52,755 nt of DNA, from contig JASMDC010000024.1 of assembly GCA_030753015.1 (NCBI GenBank), positions 1 through 52,755 on the forward strand, written 5' to 3'. How positions within the stretch are numbered: position 1 is the stretch's first letter; each line of letters starts with the position of its first letter. A model generated the notes under the pieces. It ran no database searches. It saw nothing but the letters and a program-made list of their open reading frames with translations, and had not been told where the DNA came from. Of the stretch, positions 1 through 9,584 are shown piece by piece. The stretch is from Candidatus Undinarchaeales archaeon (GTDB lineage: Archaea; SpSt-1190; JASMDC01). A program made the translations under genes and the position numbers.

Positions 1-2
1 AG

Positions 3-197
3 AACTACGAGAAGTTCTTTATCCAGGACGACGTCCTCGTGTGTGGTAAGTGCGGCACCACATGGACACTGGAGCAGCTGAACGGTATCCAAGGTGGCTG
101 CATGGCCTACCCGCCCGACGAGCTCCCCAACATCATCCGCGGCAAGTCCGTGCTCATCAAGAAGTCCGACCTCGAGGCCTGGAAGGAACGGAGGTAG
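3..197 (+). CDS. 3' end of a DUF2318-like Fe-S/metal-binding protein (partial, runs off the window start)
   Basis: Frame 3 reads ..DDVLVCGKCGTTWTLEQLNGIQGGCMAYPPDEL..ERR*; CxxC plus GGC-x3-PP pattern; stop TAG at 195-197. Confidence 0.65.
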   Translation, partial: NYEKFFIQDDVLVCGKCGTTWTLEQLNGIQGGCMAYPPDELPNIIRGKSVLIKKSDLEAWKERR

Positions 198-202
198 GTC
201 CT

Positions 203-1270
203 ATGCTATGCGTCGCCTGCATCCTGGCAGCATCTGTCCTTGGCGTCGGTGCCTGGTGGATCGCGGGTCCCATGGCGGCGCTCTTCGTTTCCATGGGGAT
301 CGTGGGCGTCTATCTCTCCCACATTACGTGTGTGGAAGAGGGATGCCAGCCGTCCAAGTCCGTGCTCGAGGAGGGTTCCAAGATCGCTCTGGTGGTGGCG
401 GGCAGCCTTCTGCTGTTCGTCCTCATCGACGGAACGGCGGCCCGATCGACGGGAAGTGAGGCCGGCGGGAGCTTTCTTCGTGAGATGGTCGGCGGGATCG
501 AGACGCAGAGCCCTCCCAGTGACACTGGTGGAACGGTCTCGAGCGGTTACCTGGAGATCCAGGTCGAAGGGCCTCCGATGTCAGAGACACCGGTCGCGAG
601 CGATGGCACGTCGGTGTACTCCCCCGATCAGATCCGGGAGATGACCGACGACTTCTCTGGAGCTGCCACTCCTGATGAAGAGACGCTCGCCCTAATCGAG
701 GCCATGAGGCGTGGTGATACGCCATCGATGGCCCCTCCTTCAGATGAGGCCGAGAAAGGCCTGTCCACGGTGTGGCTCAATATCCAGGGGATGACCTGCG
801 GTGGTTGCGAGGCGGAGATCGAGTACAGCACGGGCAAGCAGCGCGGCGTGGCCTTCGTGGACGCAAACTATCGTGGCAAGTCGGGTATCGTGAAGTACGA
901 CTCGGGCGTCATCTCTGCCGAGGAGATCGCGACCTATATCACCGAGCGGATCGGCTACCCAGCGCAGGTCGACAGGACCGAGATCCTTGCCTCCACGGGC
1001 GAGTACGAGGAAGTGGAGGAGACGAAGGTCACGGGCATGCGACAGGTAACGTTCGAGGTCATAGGCATGTGCTGCGGCGGGTGCGCTGTCGGGCTCACGC
1101 GGCTCTGGGACGGGACACCGGGCGTCATCTCTGCTGAGGTCAGCTTCAAGCAGCGCAGGGGCATCGTCGAGTACGATCCCAAGGTCACCGATCCAGAGAA
1201 ACTCATCAAAGCGATCTCTGCTCGCACGCGCAAGTACCGCATCAGCGTCCAAGAGGACGTGGAGATATAG
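203..1270 (+). CDS. Membrane-anchored protein with two heavy-metal-associated (HMA) domains
   Basis: N-terminal hydrophobic helices, acidic linker, GMTCGGC and GMCCGGC HMA motifs; ATG 203 follows GGAGGT. Confidence 0.85.
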   Translation: MLCVACILAASVLGVGAWWIAGPMAALFVSMGIVGVYLSHITCVEEGCQPSKSVLEEGSKIALVVAGSLLLFVLIDGTAARSTGSEAGGSFLREMVGGIETQSPPSDTGGTVSSGYLEIQVEGPPMSETPVASDGTSVYSPDQIREMTDDFSGAATPDEETLALIEAMRRGDTPSMAPPSDEAEKGLSTVWLNIQGMTCGGCEAEIEYSTGKQRGVAFVDANYRGKSGIVKYDSGVISAEEIATYITERIGYPAQVDRTEILASTGEYEEVEETKVTGMRQVTFEVIGMCCGGCAVGLTRLWDGTPGVISAEVSFKQRRGIVEYDPKVTDPEKLIKAISARTRKYRISVQEDVEI

Positions 1271-1283
1271 GATATAGGTCCCC

Positions 1284-1985
1284 ATGGGATTCTTCCCTGT
1301 CGCGCAACTGGGCGAGCTGAGCCTTGCCGGAGCTCTTGTCATGGGGCTCGTGTACGGGATCGGGCCGTGCATCGCGGTGTGCGGCCCGGTCATCCTCCCC
1401 TACACCATCGCCACCTCGCGGAGCGGGCGTAAGGTGTTCTACACGAACCTCGCCGTGGTGACTGGGAGGGTGCTCTCCTTCATGGTGCTCGGGTTCCTCG
1501 GTGGTCTTCTGGGCCAGATCGTCGTGGAGCGGTACAACTCGGCAGGTATCTTCCGCGGCGTCCAGCTCCTCCTTTCCCTGATGTGCATCCTCGTCGGGGG
1601 CCGTTTCATCCTCAGACGGGAGGAGCGTGAGTACTGTGTGGAGGGATTGTCACGGTACGTCAAGACCCCACTCATCTTTGGTGTGGTCATGGGATTCGTC
1701 CCCTGTCCGCCGCTCCTCGCCATCCTATCGTATGTCGTCCTGCTCTCGAATCCCTGGATGGGGATGCTCCATCTATTCCTCTTCGGTATCGGAACGGGGC
1801 TCCCTCTCCTGGCCCTCGGTGGAGGCGGTGGTTGGCTAGCGGGGCGGTTCATGGACCTTAATGACGGTGGTGGGATGAACGTCAGCGCCCGACGGGTGTC
1901 CGGCGTCCTCCTCATCATGGCAGGGATCCGGTTCCTCCTTATCTATGTAGGTTCAGGGGACGCTATCGCGACCACGTGGCAGTGA
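1284..1985 (+). CDS. DsbD_2/TauE-like polytopic membrane protein (cytochrome c biogenesis / sulfite exporter type)
   Basis: GPCIAVCGP and GFVPCPP motifs, about 7 TM helices, FGIGT motif. Confidence 0.8.
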   Translation: MGFFPVAQLGELSLAGALVMGLVYGIGPCIAVCGPVILPYTIATSRSGRKVFYTNLAVVTGRVLSFMVLGFLGGLLGQIVVERYNSAGIFRGVQLLLSLMCILVGGRFILRREEREYCVEGLSRYVKTPLIFGVVMGFVPCPPLLAILSYVVLLSNPWMGMLHLFLFGIGTGLPLLALGGGGGWLAGRFMDLNDGGGMNVSARRVSGVLLIMAGIRFLLIYVGSGDAIATTWQ

Positions 1986-2001
1986 GGCGACCAAAGGTTT
2001 T

Positions 2002-2406
2002 TTGAGTGATCGTAGCATGAGGGGAACTCTGTTGCAGGATGGACCGAAAATGAAGTGTAAAGGTTCACGACAGCAAGTCCGTCGCACGGATGGCAACATC
2101 TCCCGGGCCGAGCGCTGGGACCACTTCCTGGCCCGGTGGGGATATGATCGCATGGGACACCGGGTGGAACCGGGGCTGTACGCCCTTGACGAGCCCGGCA
2201 ATGATTCGCCGGTGCTAGTCACCGGCAACTATACACTGAGCTTCGACGCCCTCCGATCGGCCATGGCGGACATGGATTGCTTCATCCTCGTGCTCGACAC
2301 CAAGGGCATCAACGTCTGGTGCGCTGCCGGCAAGGGCACGTTCGGCACCGACGAGCTCGTGGAGCGCTCGTCCTATCCTACGCACGCTGCCAGCCCCGGC
2401 TCGTAG
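2002..2406 (+). pseudogene. hgcA: Truncated HgcA mercury-methylation corrinoid protein (N-terminal part only; start uncertain)
   Basis: RMGHRVEPGLYAL..SPVLVTGNYTLSFDALR..LDTKGINVWCAAGKGTFGTDELVER with the cap-helix motif at 2311-2334; similarity stops at about 2367. Confidence 0.9.
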
Positions 2407-2846
2407 CCGCACACGACGCCCTTGAGCTGAGAGTAGGATGGGATGCCCACCTGCGCCCGGTCGCAGTTGAACACAAACGTCGGCGTAGCGCGGATGCGGT
2501 ACTCATTGGCCTTGGCCATTGCTTCCTGATAGCCTGCTTCACCTATCTCCTCGGGGCAGAGGATGGCGTCCTCCCCGTGGATGCGGATGCAGCGATGGGC
2601 AAAGGTGATGGTGTCGCCGAACTCGGCCACTAGTCGATCTATGGTGGGCTTGGCATTGATGCAGGCAGGGCATGTCGGGCTGTAGAAGTAGTCCACACGG
2701 ACCGTACCTGGGGTAATGCACCCTGGCTGGCCCGCAACGATCTCGAGCCCACGCTCGTCCTTTTCCGGGGCAGGTCCGCCGCCACCACCAGGGCCTGCCA
2801 TAAGGAGAATACCAGCGAGCACACCACCCATCACGACCGCGAGCAC
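2373..2846 (-). CDS. Membrane-anchored thioredoxin-like protein
   Basis: N-terminal TM, FYSPTCPAC active site, IRATPTF cis-Pro loop; the frame stays open upstream to about 2945 without an ATG. Confidence 0.8.
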   Translation of the reverse strand: MLAVVMGGVLAGILLMAGPGGGGGPAPEKDERGLEIVAGQPGCITPGTVRVDYFYSPTCPACINAKPTIDRLVAEFGDTITFAHRCIRIHGEDAILCPEEIGEAGYQEAMAKANEYRIRATPTFVFNCDRAQVGIPSYSQLKGVVCGYEPGLAACVG

Positions 2847-3020
2847 GACCGTGAGGCCCTCGCTTCTTGGATCGATCGGAGGTTTCGGTGGTTCTGGTAT
2901 ATCGTCAATCGTATCGGATTCCTCTACTATTGCGATAACATGGGATTACGTGGTATTGGCTTAAAAGCTGATACCCAGCAAGTTGCTGAATCTACTCCAG
3001 TCTTTGCGGGAGCGGTGGTC

Positions 3021-4130
3021 CTATCTGCTCATTGAGGGCGCGTCACGCTTCCCCTTATGCCCTCTTCGCACTGCGGTCATTTCGGCCACCACACTGAGCG
3101 CGATCTCCTCGGGTGTCTTCGATCCTATGTCGAGGCCGATGGGCGCATGGACCTCTTCCAGACGTTCGCGGGGGATCCCACGCTTCGTCAGTTCCTCGTA
3201 GGTCAAGTGGATTTTCCGCCGGCTGCCGATCATCCCGATGTATCGGGCTGATGTCCCGAGTGCCTGCTCGAGGACCACGAGGTCGTGCCGGTGGCCGCGT
3301 GTCACGATCACGATGAAGGATGATGGCGCGATGGGGAGAGATGGAACGATGGTCGTAAGGTCGGTCACGACGGTCTCGCTCGCCAGGGGGAACCTTTCCG
3401 TATTGGCGAAGGGCTCCCTGTCATCTATGACCACCGTGCGGAATCCCACGGTACGAGCGAACGATTCTAGAGGGAGCGATACGTGACCGCCACCGAAGAT
3501 GAACACCATCGGAGCGCTGGACACAGGTTCGATGAGGATCTCTTTCTGTTCCTCGCCGTCATCGGTCGAATCAAGCTTGATAATGTCCAGACGACCAGTG
3601 GTCATCGCATCCTTCATGGCCTTGACAAATGCTCCCCTATCGAGGCCGGGAGGTATTCGCCCAACCTCCTCACCGTCCTCGATGAGCATGAAGGTTAACG
3701 GGTCATCAACCGGGATAGTCCCATCTACTGACGGCAGGATTGTAGCAACCACTGCCGAGCGGCCTTCATCGAGAATGGAATGGAGCCGGCATATGACCTC
3801 TGTGCGATGCTTCCTTTCCCATGATATCGGCTCCATGAGCACATCCACCGTCCCACCGCAGACCAAGCCCTCCTCCTCGGCCAGGTCACCTGACAGGGAG
3901 AATATACGTCGACGGAGCTCCGTGCGCCCCATCATCTCCATCGCATCCTGCCATATCTCAGCCTCAAGGCATCCGCCACCGATCGAGCCGGCGGTGGAAC
4001 CATCCGCTTTGACGAGAAACCTGGAGCCGAGAGGGGGTGGTGCGGATCCCGTCCTCCTGATTAGAGTAGCAAGTACCATGGACACCTTATCATCAATGCC
4101 CCTACGGACCTGCTCAATCACTTTCATCAT
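3021..4130 (-). CDS. xdhC: XdhC/CoxI family molybdo-enzyme accessory protein
   Basis: GSIGGGCLE, GLVCGG, FGGGHV, YIGMIGSRRK, APIGLDIGSKTPEEIALS. Confidence 0.93.
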   Translation of the reverse strand: MMKVIEQVRRGIDDKVSMVLATLIRRTGSAPPPLGSRFLVKADGSTAGSIGGGCLEAEIWQDAMEMMGRTELRRRIFSLSGDLAEEEGLVCGGTVDVLMEPISWERKHRTEVICRLHSILDEGRSAVVATILPSVDGTIPVDDPLTFMLIEDGEEVGRIPPGLDRGAFVKAMKDAMTTGRLDIIKLDSTDDGEEQKEILIEPVSSAPMVFIFGGGHVSLPLESFARTVGFRTVVIDDREPFANTERFPLASETVVTDLTTIVPSLPIAPSSFIVIVTRGHRHDLVVLEQALGTSARYIGMIGSRRKIHLTYEELTKRGIPRERLEEVHAPIGLDIGSKTPEEIALSVVAEMTAVRRGHKGKRDAPSMSR

Positions 4131-4246
4131 ACGATCGCCACCACCAATCCGAACGGTACGTTGTCAGGAAGTGGACCGGACTGATCGCGGCGTCTGCGGT
4201 CGCGTCAACAAACACTGCAATCCTGTCCCTATTTATCGGTCCCTGA

Positions 4247-4450
4247 CTAGAGTACCTCGTACCCGGCTTCTACTATCGCTTTCTTCATCGTTTTCTCGTC
4301 CACGGACTCGGGATCGAATTTGATCTTTGCCGAGCCGATGGCGACGTCCACGTCGTCCACGCCCTCGAGCTCCGTAAGGGCCCGCCGGACGTGCATGACG
4401 CAGTGGCTGCAACTCATGCCGCCTATCTTGATCTCTTTCTCTTCTTTCAT
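4247..4450 (-). CDS. copZ: CopZ-like heavy-metal chaperone (67 aa)
   Basis: MKEEKEIKIGGMSCSHC..EAGYEV; SD GAGGT upstream of ATG 4450. Confidence 0.88.
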   Translation of the reverse strand: MKEEKEIKIGGMSCSHCVMHVRRALTELEGVDDVDVAIGSAKIKFDPESVDEKTMKKAIVEAGYEVL

Positions 4451-4481
4451 GTCTCTTACCTCGTTCATTCTCATGTGATTA

Positions 4482-5237
4482 TCAAATACCTTCGCCCTGG
4501 AATCCCCGCTCGATCCGGTCGAGCTCACCACGAATCCCGGTATCGTTGTGGGATGTGGCCTTGATGACGGTCGAGCCGCCGTTCCCGTTCTTGGTAAGTG
4601 TGTGCTCAAGGGCCTGGAATCGGCTCTCGAGGAGACCTATCTCGTGAATGAGCACCTTCACCGCGTCCGCGATAGGGTCCGGGAGGTTCCCGTGGTCCAG
4701 GTCACTGGCACGCTTTGGTCCATCGCTCACGATCCGTCCGGGGACGCCCACGACCGTGCTCCCGGGGGGTACGTCATTGACGACCACCGAGCCCGCACCG
4801 ATGCAGGCATCGTCACCAACGGTGATGGCACCGAGCACGGTCGCGCCTGTCCCGATCACCACGTGATTACCGATTGTAGGATGGCGTTTCTTCTTCTTGT
4901 GGCTCGTTCCCCCGAGGACCGCGCCCTTGTACATGAGCACGTCGTCCCCGATCTCCGAGGTCTCGCCGATGACAACGCCCATCCCATGGTCGATGAAGAA
5001 CCGGTGGCCGATGGTGGCACCGGGATGTATCTCGATACCCGTAAGGAACCTCCCGATATGGGAGATGAACCGAGGGAGCACCACCCAGCCCCGCTTCCAG
5101 AGCACATGGGCGAAACGGTGGATCCAGAGCGCGTGAAGACCCGGATAGCAGGTGACGACCTCCAGGATGTTCCTGGCCGCAGGATCCTCTCTGATGACGG
5201 TGTCCACATCCTCACGCATGCTCGGGATGATACTCAT
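4482..5237 (-). CDS. cysE: Serine O-acetyltransferase
   Basis: [39 protein letters not shown], hexapeptide repeats. Confidence 0.96.
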   Translation of the reverse strand: MSIIPSMREDVDTVIREDPAARNILEVVTCYPGLHALWIHRFAHVLWKRGWVVLPRFISHIGRFLTGIEIHPGATIGHRFFIDHGMGVVIGETSEIGDDVLMYKGAVLGGTSHKKKKRHPTIGNHVVIGTGATVLGAITVGDDACIGAGSVVVNDVPPGSTVVGVPGRIVSDGPKRASDLDHGNLPDPIADAVKVLIHEIGLLESRFQALEHTLTKNGNGGSTVIKATSHNDTGIRGELDRIERGFQGEGI

Positions 5238-5241
5238 ATCC

Positions 5242-6174
5242 CTATACCTCGATGTTCTCGAAGAGCCAGCCCGTAAGGTATCTCTCTCCAGTGTCGGGAA
5301 GGATGACCACGATGAGTTTGCCCTTGCTGGATGGACGCTTCGCGACCTCCAGGGCCGCGGTCATGGCTGCTCCCGAGGAGATCCCGACAAAGATCCCCTC
5401 CTTCCGGGCTAAGGCCTGGGCCGTGGCCCGTGCATCCTCTCCGGTCACTGGGAAGATCTCGTCAATGATGTTCGTGTTGAGCACCCTGGGCACGAATCCG
5501 GCGCCAATGCCCTGGATCCTGTGGGGGGCGGGATTGCCCCCAGAGAGTACAGATGATGCTTTGGGCTCCACGGCCACAGCCTGGAAGGACGGCTTGCGGG
5601 TCTTTATGACCTCGGCCACGCCAGTGATGGTGCCGCCCGTCCCGACGCCCGCTACCAAGATGTCCACCTGCCCGTCGGTATCGCGCCAGATCTCCTCTGC
5701 CGTTGTCCGACGGTGGATATCCGGATTCGCCGGGTTCTCAAACTGCTGGAGCATGAATGAGTTGGGCGTGCTCTTGACAAGCTCCTCGGCCTTCTCCACA
5801 GCACCCTTCATATCCCTAGCACCCGGGGTGAGGACGATCTCAGCGCCTAATATCTTCAGGATTCTGCGTCTCTCCAAGCTCATGTTGTCGGGCATCGTGA
5901 GCACGAGCTTGTAGCCACGTGCAGCCGCCACGAAGGCCAGCCCGATGCCCGTGTTCCCCGAGGTTGGCTCGATGAGGGTGGTCCCTTCCTTGATGAGCCC
6001 GAGCGTCTCTGCCTTGTCTATCATTGCCGCCCCGATGCGGTCCTTCACGCTGAAAAGCGGATTCCGGGACTCGATCTTCGCGACCACCCTCCCCGGAAGG
6101 CCTTCTGACAATCGGTTGATACGCACCAACGGCGTCCCGCCTATCAGCTTCGTCATGTCATTTGCGATGTTCAT
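5242..6174 (-). CDS. cysK: Cysteine synthase A
   Basis: SVKDRIG (PLP Lys), [35 protein letters not shown]. Confidence 0.97.
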   Translation of the reverse strand: MNIANDMTKLIGGTPLVRINRLSEGLPGRVVAKIESRNPLFSVKDRIGAAMIDKAETLGLIKEGTTLIEPTSGNTGIGLAFVAAARGYKLVLTMPDNMSLERRRILKILGAEIVLTPGARDMKGAVEKAEELVKSTPNSFMLQQFENPANPDIHRRTTAEEIWRDTDGQVDILVAGVGTGGTITGVAEVIKTRKPSFQAVAVEPKASSVLSGGNPAPHRIQGIGAGFVPRVLNTNIIDEIFPVTGEDARATAQALARKEGIFVGISSGAAMTAALEVAKRPSSKGKLIVVILPDTGERYLTGWLFENIEV

Positions 6175-6763
6175 CGTCGTTCCACCTGCCATTCGTCATT
6201 CATGTCTTTTTCGCTCCAAGTCATCCGTCCGTGCTGAACGTTCGAGGGGGCCGGGATGTCGGGGGCCAGAACTCTGGTACCCAAGCAGCAAAGGGAAGGT
6301 GGACGCCGCTCAAGGTAGTGGTCAATAGCATGTACCGACCTACACCTTGATCCCGAAAGGAGCACACTGTAGGGAAAGGTATTGTCGGTGACAAAAACGA
6401 TCCCTCCAGCGCATAATACTAATGTATCGGACGCGGATTTAAATAGATTTTCTTTCGGGAAACGGCCTTCCCGCAGGAAAGGAATGATGGAACCTGGGCC
6501 AAGATTCGAGCATAGTTGTGCCAAGGTCTGCACTTCAGGACTGCAGCCGGTGGCATGGCCACTCTGCCAGCCCGGTTTTTTCGAAACATTGGTACAAATC
6601 CTCTTTTCACGAGTGGTCGGTATGGTCGTACCGGCATGCTTAACTATGGTCTTTTTTCCCGATACAAGGACCATTCGATTCACCGGCGAAGGCAAAGGGA
6701 AACAAATATAACGATGGTTTTTTTGGATTTTCACATTAACAGCGACGTGGAGTCTGAGCAACA

Positions 6764-7165
6764 ATGAAGCTTCCCTGTGAGATCATCGTGTGGTACCTTC
6801 TACCGAGTATCCGTGGTGAGCTCGCCAAGGAGCTGTCCCGTCAGGGTCTTCAGCAGAAGGAGATCGCTTCACGCCTGGGGATTACCCAACCTGCTGTCTC
6901 CCAGTACCTCAAGGACAAGCGTGGCCAAGAGCTTAAGCTCTCGAAGGAAACGCTCACCCGGGTGCGTGCGCTGGCCGCAAAGATGATTGACAGTGTCGAT
7001 GAGTCGATGGTCCGCACCGAGGTATGCGCCATCTGCGATATGGCAAAGGAGGGAAACCTCCTATGCGACCTCCACCACAGCCTGGAGAAGGTCCCTGATG
7101 ACTGCTCCGTTTGTTTGAAGGACGGGGACTGTATGCTCATGGGCGGCGGAGGGGAAGGGATTTGA
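6764..7165 (+). CDS. Archaeal HTH transcriptional regulator with a C-terminal Cys/His metal-binding tail
   Basis: MKLPCE..LPSIR, LGITQPAVSQYLKDKRG HTH, CAIC..LCDLH..CSVC; overlaps the iscS start. Confidence 0.85.
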   Translation: MKLPCEIIVWYLLPSIRGELAKELSRQGLQQKEIASRLGITQPAVSQYLKDKRGQELKLSKETLTRVRALAAKMIDSVDESMVRTEVCAICDMAKEGNLLCDLHHSLEKVPDDCSVCLKDGDCMLMGGGGEGI

Positions 7166-8346
7166 GGAGGATCTACCTCGACCACGCAGCGACCACACCT
7201 GTCGATCCGGATGTCGTTGCGGCCATGCTGCCCTGCTTTGAGCGGGACTTCGGGAATGCTTCCTCTATCCATTCTTTCGGTCAGGACGCGAAGCATTTAA
7301 TCGAAGATGCCCGTGAGCATGTCGCTGCCCTCATGAACGCAGGCTCCGAAGAGGTCATCTTCACCGCCGGGGGCACGGAGAGCGACAATATGGCGCTCAA
7401 GGGTATCGCTGCCCTCCACCACGACAGCGTGCGTGACAATCCCGAGGGTCCTCATATCATCACATCCTCTATCGAGCACCCTGCAATCCTCAGGACCTGT
7501 GAATGGCTTGAGACGCGAGGGTTCGTGGTCCGCTACCTGCCTGTTGACAACCAAGGTATGATCGACGTGGGCTCGCTGGAGGACGCGATCGCTACAGGGA
7601 CCTTCCTCGTCTCCATCATGTTCGCCAACAACGAGATCGGGACCATCGAGCCGGTCAAGCAGCTCGGGGCGTTATGTCGGGAACGAGGTGTGCTCTTCCA
7701 CACCGACGCGGTCCAGGCATGCGGCAAGGTTCCCGTTGACGTACGGTCCATGAACATCGACCTGCTCTCCCTCTCCTCGCACAAGCTCCACGGCCCCAAG
7801 GGCATGGGCGCGCTCTACCTGCGGGAAGGTGTGGAGCTGGAGCCGCTCGCCCACGGCGGTGGCCATGAGCGCGGGCTGCGCTCGAGCACCGAGAACGTAT
7901 CCGGGATCGTCGGCCTGGCAAAAGCCGCCGAGCTGGCCAAGATGCGGATGGGCGAGGACATGGCGCGACTGATGAGCATGCGTGACCGCCTCATCAGTGG
8001 TGTGCTCGATACGGTACCCGCCTCCCACCTCAACGGCCACCCGACCAAGAGGCTCCCCCACAACGCCCACTTCCGCTTCGACGCCGTAGAGGGCGAATCG
8101 CTGGTTCTGTCGCTGGACCACGAGGGCATCGCCAGCTCCTCTGGCTCGGCATGCTCATCGAAGAAGTCGGGGCCATCGCACGTGCTCACTGCCATCGGCA
8201 TGGACGGTATCCAGGCCCAGGGCACCCTCAGGCTCACCCTCGGCCGCGGTAACACCGACGAAGACATTGATCGAACACTCGAGGCACTGCCCCGGGTAGT
8301 GGCGAAGCTACGTGAGCTCTCTCCGCTGTGGGAGGGAGAAGAGTGA
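7162..8346 (+). CDS. iscS: Cysteine desulfurase, class I (IscS/NifS)
   Basis: YLDHAATT, EHPA, HTDAVQ, SSHKLHGPKG, SSGSACSS; TTG start overlaps the upstream TGA. Confidence 0.93.
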   Translation: MRRIYLDHAATTPVDPDVVAAMLPCFERDFGNASSIHSFGQDAKHLIEDAREHVAALMNAGSEEVIFTAGGTESDNMALKGIAALHHDSVRDNPEGPHIITSSIEHPAILRTCEWLETRGFVVRYLPVDNQGMIDVGSLEDAIATGTFLVSIMFANNEIGTIEPVKQLGALCRERGVLFHTDAVQACGKVPVDVRSMNIDLLSLSSHKLHGPKGMGALYLREGVELEPLAHGGGHERGLRSSTENVSGIVGLAKAAELAKMRMGEDMARLMSMRDRLISGVLDTVPASHLNGHPTKRLPHNAHFRFDAVEGESLVLSLDHEGIASSSGSACSSKKSGPSHVLTAIGMDGIQAQGTLRLTLGRGNTDEDIDRTLEALPRVVAKLRELSPLWEGEE

Positions 8347-8364
8347 GAAGGAGGTCGTGAGTCA

Positions 8365-9570
8365 ATGGTCGACTGGAACACGATACGCGAGGACTTCCCA
8401 ATACTAAAGGAGGTCGTATACCTCGACAGCGCTGCAACTTGCCTCACCCCCATCCCCGTGCTGGATGCCGTGAGGGAGTATTACATCCGTTACCGGGCCA
8501 ACGTCCATCGTGGCGCCCACCGCCTCTCGGTGAAAGCGAGTGATAAGTACGACGAGGCCCGCGCGAGGGTCGCCCGGTTCATCGGGGCCGACGACCCGGT
8601 CGAGATCATCTTCACCAAGAACACCACCGATGGCCTGAACATGGCCGCCAACGGGCTGCGCCTGCGCTCTGGCGACAAGGTCGTCCTTACGTCCCTGGAG
8701 CACCACTCCAACCTCATGCCCTGGCAAGTTCTCCATCACCGCCACAATGTGGACCTGGCGTTCCTCGAGACTGATGAACAGGGCAGCTTCGACCTGGAAA
8801 AGGCAGCTGAGGTCATCGACGAAAAGACCGCGGTAGTGAGCATCGCCCACGGATCCAACGTGCTCGGGAGCATTTGCCCGGTCAATGAGATCGCCAAGCT
8901 CGCTCACGACGCGGGCGCTCTGGTGTGCGTCGATGCCGCCCAGACCGTAGGCCACTTGCCAGTCGACGTCGACGAGCTAGGTGTGGACATCATGTCGTTC
9001 TCGGGTCACAAGGGCCCACTGGGACCCACTGGGATCGGCGTGCTCTATGTGAGGGGCGAGCACCTGGAGAAGCTCAATCCCGTCGCGCTCGGTGGCGGAA
9101 CTGTCAAGGACGTGGAGTCCGGGGGTTTCACGCTTCTGGGGCCGCCCGACAGGTTCGAAGCAGGGACGCCCAATATCGGTGGTGCCATCGGGCTCGGAGC
9201 AGCCGTCGAGTACGTCTCACGTATTGGGATCCAGAACATCGAACAACGGGAACGCAATCTCCTAACGACCATGCTCAATGGCCTCCTCGACATCGACAAT
9301 CTCATCGTGTACGGGCCGAAGGATCTCGAGCTCAAGACCGGGGTCATGTCCTTCAACGTGAAGGGCATCAATCCTCACGACGTCGCGATCATTCTCGACG
9401 AGATGGACGCCATCGCCGTTCGTTCTGGCCACCACTGCGCAATACCGCTGGTGAAGCGTCTGGGAGCGCCCGACGGCACGGTGCGTGCGTCGCTCGGATG
9501 CTACAATAACGAGGAGGACGTAGACACCTTCCTCTCACGTGTCGCGGATGTAGCGCAGGGGCTGACATAA
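8365..9570 (+). CDS. sufS: Cysteine desulfurase, class II (SufS/CsdA)
   Basis: YLDSAAT, ANVHRG, EHHSN, FSGHK, RFEAGTP, RSGHHCA. Confidence 0.93.
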   Translation: MVDWNTIREDFPILKEVVYLDSAATCLTPIPVLDAVREYYIRYRANVHRGAHRLSVKASDKYDEARARVARFIGADDPVEIIFTKNTTDGLNMAANGLRLRSGDKVVLTSLEHHSNLMPWQVLHHRHNVDLAFLETDEQGSFDLEKAAEVIDEKTAVVSIAHGSNVLGSICPVNEIAKLAHDAGALVCVDAAQTVGHLPVDVDELGVDIMSFSGHKGPLGPTGIGVLYVRGEHLEKLNPVALGGGTVKDVESGGFTLLGPPDRFEAGTPNIGGAIGLGAAVEYVSRIGIQNIEQRERNLLTTMLNGLLDIDNLIVYGPKDLELKTGVMSFNVKGINPHDVAIILDEMDAIAVRSGHHCAIPLVKRLGAPDGTVRASLGCYNNEEDVDTFLSRVADVAQGLT

Positions 9571-9584
9571 GGAGGTGCGTATCT

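Noticed and set aside
50-202. N-terminal 51 aa of ORF 50..1270
   Set aside because: Overlaps the real upstream gene in another frame; ATG 203 has the SD
6481-6545. Second C/D sRNA starting at AATGATGG
   Set aside because: Imperfect box C, no CUGA box D and no terminal stem
6171-6764. 197-aa minus ORF and 109-aa plus ORF in the cysK intergenic region
   Set aside because: Atypical codon usage, no motifs, and they span promoter elements
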